Shown here: one piece after another, positions 55,313 through 64,000 of the stretch | How positions within the stretch are numbered: the stretch's first letter is position 1 | Layout: the number at the start of each line of letters is the position of its first letter | NCBI GenBank assembly: GCA_963809895.1 | Contig: CAWELD010000003.1 | Span: forward strand, 3,520,001 to 3,584,000 | Length of the DNA stretch: 64,000 nucleotides | Direction of reading: 5' to 3' | Source of the DNA: an uncultured Gemmatimonadales bacterium | Lineage (GTDB): Bacteria > Gemmatimonadota > Gemmatimonadetes > Longimicrobiales > Gaopeijiaceae | The notes under the pieces: model-generated | What the model was told of the DNA's origin: nothing | The model's input: the letters and a program-made list of their open reading frames with translations, nothing else | Databases searched by the model: none | Position numbers and translations under genes: made by a program

Positions 55313-57973
55313 TCATTCGACGCGCAGTGATTCGGCGGGCTCCACCGACGAGGCGCGCAGCGCGGGGATCGCAGCCGCCACCACGGCGACCCCCAGGAGT
55401 GCCAGGCCCGAGGCTACGTACGCCCGCGGCGCACCGGTGCCCACGCCGAAGAGCAGATCCCCCAGACCCCGGGTGAGTACGCGGGCGAGGAGCAGTCCGG
55501 CCAGCAATCCCACCGCGACCAGGCCGGCGCCCTGACGGATCACCATGCGGCGCACGGATGCCCGATCCGCCCCCAGCGCCAGACGGATGCCGAGCTCCCG
55601 GGTGCGGCGCGCCACGGTGTAGCTCAGCAGCCCGTAGACGCCGAGCCCGGCCAGGATCAGCGCCATGCTGGCGAAGACGCCGAGGGTGAGCGTGGCCAGT
55701 CGTTCACGCTGCGTCGCCCGGGCCAGCGTGGCATCCATGGTGGTGACGTCGTAGAGCGCCAGGCGCGAGTCGTAGGACCAGATCGCCCGCCGCACCGCCG
55801 GCGCCATCTCCAGGGGAGCGCCTCGTGTGCGCACCAGCACCGTGAGGGGGCCGCCGGCCGGGGGCGTCTGGAGGAGGCTCGTGTAGAAGGTCGGCGGCGC
55901 GTCGGCCCGCAGGCCCTGGACGTGCTCGTCGGCCACGATCCCCACGATCTCGCGGAAGCCCGTGCCCCAGAAGCCCAGGTGGGATCCCAGGGCGTCGCCG
56001 TCGGGGAAGTAGCGCTGCGCGGCGGTGGCGTTGAGGACCACCACGCCAGGCTGATCGACTCCTTCATCTGCGCGGGGCAGGCGTCCCTGGAGGAGCTCCA
56101 CGCCGGCCACCCCGAAGTAGCCCGGCGTGACCATGCGCGTGGTCATCTCGCCTTGCTCGGGATCCGGAGGGCGGCCTTCGATGGAGAAGGAATTGGTGAA
56201 TCCGGGGTCCAGGGGATGATTGCTGGCGAGCGCCACCGACTCCACCCCGGGCAGGTCCCCGACCCGGGCCAGGATCTCGCGCTCCAACTCCAGCCGCTCG
56301 TCCAGGTGCGGATAGACGCTGAAGTCCACCGGATAGCGGTCCGTGGGCGGGAAGAAGGTGAGCCGCAGGGTGTGGTCGGTGCGGAAACCGGGATCGACGT
56401 GATTGAGATTGCGGAGCGTCGTACCCAGGAGCACGGCGCCCACCAGGAGCAGCGCGGCGAGCCCGGCCTGCGCCATCACCAGCAAGCGACGCAGAGTGGC
56501 CCCGGAACGGCCGCCGGAGCCGTCGCCCCGCCCCTGGGAAAGAGCCCTCTGGAGATCCAGACGCAGCGCACTGACCGTGGGTGCGATGCCGAAGACCAGG
56601 GCCAATCCCACTACCAGCGTCAGCGCGAAGAACAGGACGCGCGCGTCGAGCCCGGGGGTGCCCAGGACCAGGAGCTGCGGGGGCACCATGACCAGCGTGA
56701 CGCGGAGCGCGACCCATGCCACCCCCACTCCCAGGACGCCGGCGCCTACGGACAGCAGCAGCGTCACCGCCAGGTTCCGGCGCGCCGTGCGCAGGCCCCC
56801 GGCTCCCAGCGCCGTGTGAACCGCCGATTCCCGGGACCGAGCCGTGGCCCGCGCCAGGAGGAGGTTGGTGACGTTCAGGGTGGCGAGGAGGAGGAGCACG
56901 CCGACCGAGCCGAACAGGGCCCACAGCATCCGGCTCACGTCGCCCCGCAGGAAGTCCGTGGCGGGCTCCACGAAGGCGCCCCGATTGGCGTTGGCCGGGA
57001 CCTCCTGCTCCAGGGCGGCGGCGATGCGGGTCATCTCGGAACGGGCCCGCTCCAGGGGAACCCCGTCGCCGAGCCTCCCCACGACGGTGGCGTAGTGGGG
57101 ATTCCTGGTAGCCTGGGCGGCGGTCATGCGAAACGGGGTCCACACATCGGTGCTTCCGCCCATGACCACGTCGGCTCCGGCAGGGAGCACGCCCACGATC
57201 TGCGTGGGATGCCCGTCCAGGGCCACCGTCTCACCCAGGACGTCGGGGCTGGCGTCGAACGCGCTACGCCAGAAGCGGTTCGTCAGGACCGCCACCGGAG
57301 AGCCGCCCCCTTCGGTTTCCTCGGGGGTGATGAAACGTCCCAAGACGGGCTCCACTCCGAGCACCGACGCCAGGTCGTGGTGGGCCGTGACGACGTTGAC
57401 GTGGAGGGGCTCGGCGTTGCCGCGCAGCAGGCTCGCCGAGTACGTGCCCCACATGCTCAGTCCGGCGAAGGAGCGGGACCGGTCGCGGAAGTCGTAGAAG
57501 TCGGCGGTGCCCGCCTGCTCGCGCAGCGTGCCGGTGGCCCGGTCGTTCTGCCACACGTAGACCAGCCGTGACGCGTCCGGATAGGGCAACGGGCGCAGGA
57601 GCACGCCGTCCACCAGGCTGAAGAGCGCCGTGGCGAAGCCGATGCCCAGCCCCAGCGTGAGGATCACCAGGGCGGCCAGCCCCCGGTCTCGCACCAGCTC
57701 GCGCACGGCGAGCCGGATGTCGTGTCGCAACGCCTCCATTCCTCCCCTCCTCGTCTCCCGGCGGGCCGCCTCGCGGCGGACCCGCACACACTGGTCGGCG
57801 ATACGCTCGTGGTTGCCGAAGCGTCGGCGGGCCTCTCGGCGCGCCTCCGGCTCGCTCCATCCCCGCTCCACCAGCTCACGGACCCGGCCTTCCAGATGGA
57901 AGTCCAGCTCCTCGCGAACCTCCCGGTCCAGGGACGTCGCGGAGAAGAGGCGCCGTGGAGGCGGTGCATCCAT
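55313..57973 (-). CDS. ADOP-type duplicated MacB/FtsX ABC permease
   Basis: N-terminal EVREELDFHLE..EARREARRRFG prefix, LLRPLPYP, NVTNLLLARA, DPGF, RELGIRLALGA, EPAESLRVE. Confidence 0.9.
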   Translation of the reverse strand: MDAPPPRRLFSATSLDREVREELDFHLEGRVRELVERGWSEPEARREARRRFGNHERIADQCVRVRREAARRETRRGGMEALRHDIRLAVRELVRDRGLAALVILTLGLGIGFATALFSLVDGVLLRPLPYPDASRLVYVWQNDRATGTLREQAGTADFYDFRDRSRSFAGLSMWGTYSASLLRGNAEPLHVNVVTAHHDLASVLGVEPVLGRFITPEETEGGGSPVAVLTNRFWRSAFDASPDVLGETVALDGHPTQIVGVLPAGADVVMGGSTDVWTPFRMTAAQATRNPHYATVVGRLGDGVPLERARSEMTRIAAALEQEVPANANRGAFVEPATDFLRGDVSRMLWALFGSVGVLLLLATLNVTNLLLARATARSRESAVHTALGAGGLRTARRNLAVTLLLSVGAGVLGVGVAWVALRVTLVMVPPQLLVLGTPGLDARVLFFALTLVVGLALVFGIAPTVSALRLDLQRALSQGRGDGSGGRSGATLRRLLVMAQAGLAALLLVGAVLLGTTLRNLNHVDPGFRTDHTLRLTFFPPTDRYPVDFSVYPHLDERLELEREILARVGDLPGVESVALASNHPLDPGFTNSFSIEGRPPDPEQGEMTTRMVTPGYFGVAGVELLQGRLPRADEGVDQPGVVVLNATAAQRYFPDGDALGSHLGFWGTGFREIVGIVADEHVQGLRADAPPTFYTSLLQTPPAGGPLTVLVRTRGAPLEMAPAVRRAIWSYDSRLALYDVTTMDATLARATQRERLATLTLGVFASMALILAGLGVYGLLSYTVARRTRELGIRLALGADRASVRRMVIRQGAGLVAVGLLAGLLLARVLTRGLGDLLFGVGTGAPRAYVASGLALLGVAVVAAAIPALRASSVEPAESLRVE

Positions 57974-58021
57974 GGTCGGACACCTGCGCGTGGAACGACG
58001 TGGCGAAGTGGCGAGCGTTCA

Positions 58022-58070
58022 CCCAAGCTGCTTAGGAGAAGCATGCGCGAACTTCCCTAAGCTGTCAAGG
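58022..58070 (-). promoter_or_regulatory. Sigma70 promoter with two candidate PadR operators
   Basis: TTGACA(58068-58063)-N17-CATGCT(58045-58040); related boxes CCCAAG-CTG-CTTAGG (58022-58036) and CCTAAG-CTG-TCAAGG (58056-58070). Confidence 0.65.
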
Positions 58071-58940
58071 TGAGGGCCCTCGTGAGTGAGGACCCGGGCC
58101 ACTCCCGGGAGAGCTGGCCCACGAGGAAGGGCGTCGAGGTCGGCGCCGGGGAGCCGCCGGCGGGCTCCTCCGTGACGGCGCCGACGGAGATGTCCAGCCC
58201 GGTGGGGACCTGAAGCGCCACCACGGCCTGACCGTCGGCCGGCGTGTCGAAGGTTCCCAGGGAGACCGGGCTGCCCCCCGCGGGAATCCCCCAGAGCTCG
58301 ATAGGTGCGTCCCTCCGGCGCCGGCGGGAGCTGGGCCACGGAGAGGATGACGCGCCCTCGGGAAGGGCTCCAGACCAGGCGGGCGCTGGGCGGCCGGTCG
58401 GTGGACACGAGATGCGCCGCCCGTGAATCGACGCCGAGGGCGACCGCGAGGAGCGAATCCCGCTCCACCAGCGCCGCCGCTTGCGATCGGTGGTGGCTTC
58501 CAGCGAGGCCACCTGATCCCGGAGGCGGGTCACGTCGCCTCGCGCGGTCCACCAGCCCACCAGGCTGATGACCGCGATGGCAGCGGCGATCAGGGTGATC
58601 CATCCCACGGGTCCGTCGCCGGCCGACGGGGTCTGTCGAGCCTCGTCGATGTCGGTGACGCCGGCCTCGGGTTCGCCACCGGGCGCCGCCGTCGGCGAGG
58701 CGTCCGCTGGGTCGGCCGATGCGCTGGTCCGGGCGGCCGCCAGCACGCGGGCCCCGAGCCCGTCGGGCGGGGTCACCGGGGGCACGGCCCGCCCGAGTCG
58801 GCGAGATTCTCACGGTAGGCGTCGAGCTCGACCCGGCAGGAGGGGCAGTCCTGGAGATGGGCCTCGAACTCGCGCGCCTCCGGGGCCTCCAGCGCGCCCA
58901 GGGCGTAGGCCTCGACCCGGTCGTGGATCGTCTCGCTCAT
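58057..58940 (-). pseudogene. RskA-like zinc anti-sigma factor with about three single-base frameshifts
   Basis: MSETIHDRVEAYALGAL...FEAHLQDCPSC (HxxxCxxC), TM, LPPAPEGRTY/ELW...PVSLG...AVTEEPAGGSPAPTS. Frame changes near 58800, 58483 and 58300. Confidence 0.82.
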
Positions 58941-59575
58941 GACTGCTCTCCCGGTCGCAGAGGGGCCAGGCTCTCCCGGAGCTTCATCATTCCCGAACGC
59001 ATCCGCGTCTTCACGGTTCCCAGGGGCGTCTGCAGCCGATCGGCGATCTCCCGCTGTGACAGTCCCCCGAAGTAGGCCAGTTCCAGCGCCTCACGCTGCG
59101 GCGTCGGGAAGCCCGTCCATGGCCTGGCGGACCCGGCCTCGCAGCTCCACCTGCTCTGCGCGACGCTCCGGATCCGGCCCGGGGTTCGAGAGGGGAACGG
59201 CCAGCTCTTCGCCTTCGCGGACGGCGGACCGCTCCAGGCGCGCCGCGCGGCGTTTCCGGGACCGCACCCGGTCCAGCGCCCGGCTGCGGGCGAGCGTCAG
59301 CAGCCAGCAGTCGGCCGATCCCCGCTTCGGGTCGTAGTGCCCGGCGGTGCTCCAGGCCTGCACGAATACGTCCGCGGTCACCTCCTCGGCATCGGCGGCG
59401 TTCCTGACGATGGCCGATACCAGCGAATACACGGGACCCGCGTGCCGGTCGTAGAACTCGGCCAGCGCGGCCTCGTCGCCCGCGGCCATGCGGGCCAGGA
59501 GGCGCGGGTCCTGGGGCGTCGTGGAGGGTTCGAAGCCATGGGCCGGAAAGGGGAGACGGCGACGACGGCGAACAT
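58937..59575 (-). pseudogene. ECF RNA polymerase sigma factor (SigK-like) with about two single-base frameshifts
   Basis: GDEAALAEFYDRH, DAEEVTADVF, WLLTLARSRALD; region 4 (QREALELAYFGGLSQREIA..PLGTVKTR) is in another frame after about 59107. ATG at 59575 with AAGGAGG RBS needs a further shift near 59527. Confidence 0.85.
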
Positions 59576-59805
59576 GGCCCTCCTTGGGTCGAGCAGCAAC
59601 GGCACGAGCCGGCGAGCAGCGCATCGAGGCTACGTCGCCTGGCCGGCGGCCGGAAGGGCAATCCACCCGGGCCGGCGGCGTCGTGCTTCCCATTGCATGC
59701 GGTACTATCGTGAAGTCCGACTGAGTGTTACGCGAATTGAACGAGCGACGGTGGTGTCCGGTCCGGGCGGAGTTCCGCCCGGCCGGCGCCCCTCGCCAGC
59801 GACCC

Positions 59806-62016
59806 TCAGAAGCTGAATCCCAGGTTCACGCTCACGGAGGGAGCGCCTCCGCCCTCGCGGCCGGCCAGGGTCGCTTCTACCGGCCCGAGGGGTGTGAGGG
59901 CGCCCAGCGCCAGGCTCCAGCCCCTCAGGTAGTCCTCGGGAGCCACTCGCCAGGTGTCGAAGGTGTTGCCCGCGTGCAGCCCCGCGGTGATGAACACCTG
60001 GGCGCCCAGACGCCGCTGGACCCCCAGGGTGGCGACCTGCACGGCATGGCCCCTGCGCTCCTGGGGCTTGAGTCCGGGAAACGCCGGCTGGGTCTCTCCC
60101 AGGACCCCGGACGGATAGACGCCGCCCAGGAAGAAGAGGCGGTGGAGGGGCAGGTCGTCACCTTCGGCGTATCCAGCCATGACCCCGACCCGGAGGGTGG
60201 TGCGCTCGCCCAGGGGCAGGAGCTGCTCCACGCGGCCCACATGCAGGCGGAACGAAGCCCCGCTCCCCATGCTCCGGTCGGCCCACTCCGAGCTGAGCAG
60301 GAGCGACAGCCCACGGGTGGGAAAGGCGCTCCGGTCGAAGGTGTCGCGCAGGATGCGCCCGGTGACGGACCAGAAGCTCACCGTGCGGCTGGTGTCCGAG
60401 GGAGAGATGACGGTGCCCACGGCCGCCCGCTCCGCGCTCAGACGGATCCCGGCCACGGCGGTCCTGCCCAGGGTGGTGCCCATGAACGCCGACAGGTTGG
60501 TGACCCGCGCGCGCGCCTCGGCGACCTGCCGCCCACCGTCGTACAGGTCGAAGAGCGCCCGGGTGTAGCGCAGGTCCGTCGACAGGCTGAAGCGGCCCGC
60601 CAGGCCGAAGCCCCGCACCGCCCGCACGCCGGCCTGGAGCTGCTCGCCGAGACGGAGCTCCGCCACCGTGGTGGTTCCGAAGCCCAGGACGTTGTGGAGC
60701 GTGCCCGAGAAGAGGAGCGACGCCTTGCGGTGGTCGTCGAAGCGGAAGCCGAATCCCAGGGCGTCCTGGGGCTGGGGCACCAGCTGGAAGGACACGGCGG
60801 TGTCGCCGCTCTCGACCTCCACCCGGTACATGGCCTGATCGAAGAGGTCGGTGCCGTACAGGCGCCCCAGGGCCCGGTCCAGCGTGCCGGCGGACACCTG
60901 CGCGCCGTCCCGGATCCCGATGGTGCGCAGCGCCAACTCCTCGTCACGGCCCGTCACCCCCTGGATCTCGATGCGCGCGGCCGTCAGGGAGTCGGGCAGC
61001 AGGCCATGGGGCGGACGTGGAGGAGGGGCGGCCGGGCCCACCCTCTGCCGGATCGCCAGGAGGGTGTCGCCGAGTGCCCGGGCCGCCAGCTCGCCCCGGG
61101 CCGCCCACTCCCGGCCCCGGTCGAAGGCGAAGGACGACAGCCCCTCGGTGTTCACGTCGATGAGCACGTCGCAGAGCGCCCGCTGGCGCTCCGTCGACGC
61201 CTGCATGCGAAAGGCCACGGTCTGAAGCAGGATGTCGAAGAGTGAGCTCAGGTCCTCCGCCTGTTCCAGCGGGTCCGAGACATCGCTGCAGATGACGATG
61301 TCGGCTCCCATGGCGCGGGCGTCCTGGGCGGGGAGGTTGCGGGACACGGCGCCGTCGACCAGGAGCCGGTCTCCAAGACGAAGCGGCCGGATCACGCCGG
61401 GGATGGCGATGCTCGCCCGAATCGCTTCGGCCAACGAGCCGTCCCGCAGCACCACCGCCTCGCCGGTCTCGATGTCGGTGGCCACCGCGGCGAAGGGCAC
61501 CGGGAGATCCTTGAAATCGCGCACGGCCTGCACGGGCCAGGTGAGGCGCTCCAACGCCCGGGTTCCCCGCTCGCCCCTCACGACCCCCGTGGGGAATCCC
61601 ACCTGACCGTTGCGGATGGGGAAGGACAGCAGCGCCCGGGCCTCCGCCATGCGGCGATCCACCGTCAGGTCCGCGCGGTCGCGGGCATCGGTGAAGATGA
61701 CGGTCCAATCCAGCGCCTCCAGCCGGCTCAGGACGTCGTCCGGCGCGTAGCCGGCGGCGTAGAGCCCCCCGACGAGGCTTCCCATGCTCGTGCCCGTGAC
61801 CAGGTCCACCGGAATCCCCAGCTCCTCGAGCACCCGGAGCACGCCGACGTGGGCGAAGCCCTTGGCGCTCCCGCCGCTCAACGCGACACCGATGCGGGGG
61901 CGGTCCTGTCCGACGTCCCTGGAGGAGATGCTGCTGGCAAGCTGCGCCCGGGCTCCGGGCGCAAACGCGAGCCCCAGGACGAGGCAAGCAGCGGCGAGAC
62001 GCCGGTGAAGGTTCAG
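59806..62016 (-). CDS. Patatin phospholipase-POTRA-beta-barrel protein (PlpD/type Vd-like)
   Basis: Signal peptide (ARA-Q), ALSGGSAKG, GTSMG, VDGA, POTRA-like segment, C-terminal VSVNLGFSF. Start is CTG 62016 or ATG 62097. Confidence 0.88.
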   Translation of the reverse strand: MNLHRRLAAACLVLGLAFAPGARAQLASSISSRDVGQDRPRIGVALSGGSAKGFAHVGVLRVLEELGIPVDLVTGTSMGSLVGGLYAAGYAPDDVLSRLEALDWTVIFTDARDRADLTVDRRMAEARALLSFPIRNGQVGFPTGVVRGERGTRALERLTWPVQAVRDFKDLPVPFAAVATDIETGEAVVLRDGSLAEAIRASIAIPGVIRPLRLGDRLLVDGAVSRNLPAQDARAMGADIVICSDVSDPLEQAEDLSSLFDILLQTVAFRMQASTERQRALCDVLIDVNTEGLSSFAFDRGREWAARGELAARALGDTLLAIRQRVGPAAPPPRPPHGLLPDSLTAARIEIQGVTGRDEELALRTIGIRDGAQVSAGTLDRALGRLYGTDLFDQAMYRVEVESGDTAVSFQLVPQPQDALGFGFRFDDHRKASLLFSGTLHNVLGFGTTTVAELRLGEQLQAGVRAVRGFGLAGRFSLSTDLRYTRALFDLYDGGRQVAEARARVTNLSAFMGTTLGRTAVAGIRLSAERAAVGTVISPSDTSRTVSFWSVTGRILRDTFDRSAFPTRGLSLLLSSEWADRSMGSGASFRLHVGRVEQLLPLGERTTLRVGVMAGYAEGDDLPLHRLFFLGGVYPSGVLGETQPAFPGLKPQERRGHAVQVATLGVQRRLGAQVFITAGLHAGNTFDTWRVAPEDYLRGWSLALGALTPLGPVEATLAGREGGGAPSVSVNLGFSF

Positions 62017-62130
62017 GGAGATCGCTCCGCTGGGGTGGGCTCCCCCTGAATCTACCAGATGCGGCGCGCTTGCGGTGCGGAAGGGGTGCTGGTCCATTGT
62101 GCCGTTGGATCGCGAAAACCGAGGAATCAC

Positions 62131-63465
62131 ATGCCAAGCCGCTACATCCGTGCAGCCCGGCTGTTGCCGATGGCCCTCCTGCTGTCGTCGCCGGCGCGCA
62201 CCCTTCGCGCCCAGAGCCTGGAAGACCTGGTCGATCTGGAGTTCAACGGTCAGACCTCGGCGGTCGTCGTCGGCCTTCTCCACGAAGGCGAGCTGGACTT
62301 CCTTCAGGCCTGGGGGACGGTGGCGTTGGACTCCGACGTGGAGGCGCGTCCGCAGGACCTGGTCCCGTATCCGGCCTTCACCGAGGTCCTGCTCGCCGTC
62401 ACCATCGAAGCACTGCACGACCTGGGCAGGCTGGACGCCGACGCGCCGGTGGGGCGTTACCTGCCGGAGCTCGCGGACCCCCTCGACCAGATCACCCTCC
62501 ACCAGCTCCTCACCAACACCGCAGGGTTGGACGACGCGGCGCTCCTGCCCGATCAGACCTGGGAGGAGGCACTGGACCGATTGCCACCGGAGGCGGCCAT
62601 GCTCCCGCCTGGCCTCGCGTTTTCGGAGTCGCGCTACTCGTATCCGTTGGCGGCGCGCGTGCTGGAGCGTGCCGCCGGACTCCCGCTGGCGGAGATCGTC
62701 ACCCGAGCGGTGCTCGAGCCGCTGGGGATGGTGCGCTCGACCTTCGACCTGGACGAGGCGGCCTCCATGGGTCTGGTAACCGGCTATGCGTTGGATTCCA
62801 TCGGCGTGTACGAAGTCGATCCACCGGTGGAGGTGGGCGGGCTGCCGGTGATCTTCACCAGCGCCACCGACCTGCTTCAGTTCGGTGCCGCCTGGATGCA
62901 GGGTGGCATCCGTGGCAGCTCGCCCTTGCCCGAGGGTCCGCCCCCGTCAGGGATGCCCGCGGGCATGGGGTTCAAGGACGGCGCGTGGATCAACGATTTC
63001 CGGGGGATGCCGCGGGTGTCCGCGGGACCGGGGGCCGAGGGCTGGGGGCTCACCTTCCGGGTCTATCCCGAGAGCACCACGGCCCTGGTCATCTGGGTGA
63101 ACGGTGGGGGATCTCCCATCCTGCCCAACTTCACGGAGGGGCTGTTGGCCGAAAACCTCGAACTCGAGGACGAGCAAGCGCCGGAGGTGTCGCCCCCGCC
63201 CCCGCTGGCGGCCTCCGACTGGGCCGGCACCTACCTCAACGGGGAGTACAAGCTGGTGCTGGAGGCCACCGGAGACCGGCTCTTCTTCGTGGACGGCGAG
63301 GAGCGCATGCCCATCGCCGCCGACGACGAGACCGGAGGGTATTCGGCCCGGGCCCGCGAAGGGCGGGTGCAGCTGCGCTTCGTACAGGTTCCGGGCTACC
63401 GGCTGGTCTACCTGGAGCGCAAGGCGTTCGTGCGGGCGGTGGCCGGGGGATCGCCGCCGGCCTGA
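62131..63465 (+). CDS. Exported beta-lactamase/serine-hydrolase-fold protein with degenerate active site
   Basis: LDADAPVGRYLP, ITLHQLLTNTAG, PPG..F, LEPLGM scaffold motifs; the SxxK position reads AFTE. Confidence 0.8.
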   Translation: MPSRYIRAARLLPMALLLSSPARTLRAQSLEDLVDLEFNGQTSAVVVGLLHEGELDFLQAWGTVALDSDVEARPQDLVPYPAFTEVLLAVTIEALHDLGRLDADAPVGRYLPELADPLDQITLHQLLTNTAGLDDAALLPDQTWEEALDRLPPEAAMLPPGLAFSESRYSYPLAARVLERAAGLPLAEIVTRAVLEPLGMVRSTFDLDEAASMGLVTGYALDSIGVYEVDPPVEVGGLPVIFTSATDLLQFGAAWMQGGIRGSSPLPEGPPPSGMPAGMGFKDGAWINDFRGMPRVSAGPGAEGWGLTFRVYPESTTALVIWVNGGGSPILPNFTEGLLAENLELEDEQAPEVSPPPPLAASDWAGTYLNGEYKLVLEATGDRLFFVDGEERMPIAADDETGGYSARAREGRVQLRFVQVPGYRLVYLERKAFVRAVAGGSPPA

Positions 63466-63478
63466 ACGCCGGTCAACG

Positions 63479-63937
63479 TCAGGACGCCAGCCGGTCCACC
63501 TCTTCGCGGAGGGAGTCCGAGAAGACGTACGCGTGCTCCCGGAACCAGGCTACCCACGACGGCTCGCGCAGGTGGACCTCGAGGGTGCGCTCGTAGCTCT
63601 CCCACATCTGCGGGTCCAGCGCCCCCACGCGATGCTGGTAGACCAGGTTCCCGAAATGCCGGAACACGGCCGTCATGTACGAGTCCCAGCGGAGCTTCTC
63701 GGCGGGGCTCAGGCTGGAGGGATCCCGCTCGGCTCGCGCAAGGAAGGACGCGAACTCCGAGTCCCGGAAGGCGTGCTCCAGCAGGCGAATGCTGTTCTGG
63801 ACCATGGAGTTGAACGAGGCGGTCCGCACCGAGTCGGTGTTCTGGCGCGTCTGTAGCGCCAGGTAGATGAGGGAGACGATGACGCCGATGGCGCCCAGGA
63901 ACTCGCCGAGATTGCCCAGCGCCTGAAGTGTTGGCAT
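63479..63937 (-). CDS. Hypothetical membrane-anchored protein
   Basis: LGNLGEFLGAIGVIVSLIYLALQTRQNT N-terminal TM followed by a helical domain; codon usage looks coding. Confidence 0.75.
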   Translation of the reverse strand: MPTLQALGNLGEFLGAIGVIVSLIYLALQTRQNTDSVRTASFNSMVQNSIRLLEHAFRDSEFASFLARAERDPSSLSPAEKLRWDSYMTAVFRHFGNLVYQHRVGALDPQMWESYERTLEVHLREPSWVAWFREHAYVFSDSLREEVDRLAS

Positions 63938-64000
63938 GCCGTGTCGTTGCCGGAGGGTGCGTTGGAAGAGACCGATAGTCTATCCTGGTGCGCCCCCGAC

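Noticed and set aside
59091..59093. In-frame TGA in the sigma factor (and at 9877 in M28) as selenocysteine or readthrough
   Set aside because: The conserved sequence continues in a different frame, so a frameshift explains it.
1..64000. tRNA, rRNA, IS elements, integrases or prophage
   Set aside because: None recognised by eye. A tRNAscan or Rfam run would be needed to exclude small RNAs.

Overview
A high-GC bacterial chromosome segment spanning the replication origin. Gene content and style suggest Gemmatimonadota, which is inferred and not proven. The left part holds lipA-pdhABC, peptidases, parA-parB-M23-bactofilin, three tandem parS sites and the mnmG-mnmE-yidC-yidD-rnpA-rpmH block. The centre holds dnaA, an oriC with DnaA boxes, DnaA-trios and an AT-rich tract, and dnaN. 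The right part is accessory: a sigma54 two-component operon, two PadR/ADOP permease pairs, an uppS cassette, lutABC, an ECF sigma/anti-sigma pair and a patatin-barrel protein. The best candidate for an undescribed system is a divergent six-gene lipid cluster at 40765-46434. It encodes a serine-palmitoyltransferase-like synthase, an ADC-fold protein lacking the catalytic Lys, a DAG/ceramide-kinase-family protein, a PlsC-type acyltransferase, a Tam41/CpgC-like cytidylyltransferase and a CDP-alcohol phosphotransferase, and looks like a phosphosphingolipid pathway with a non-canonical enzyme set. Also notable: a second DnaA-box cluster about 12 kb from oriC, several apparent pseudo-enzymes, candidate CTG starts, and about seven single-base frameshifts mostly in G/C runs (probably assembly errors). 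No rRNA, tRNA, CRISPR or transposase was recognised. All assignments come from reading motifs by eye; no database search was run.
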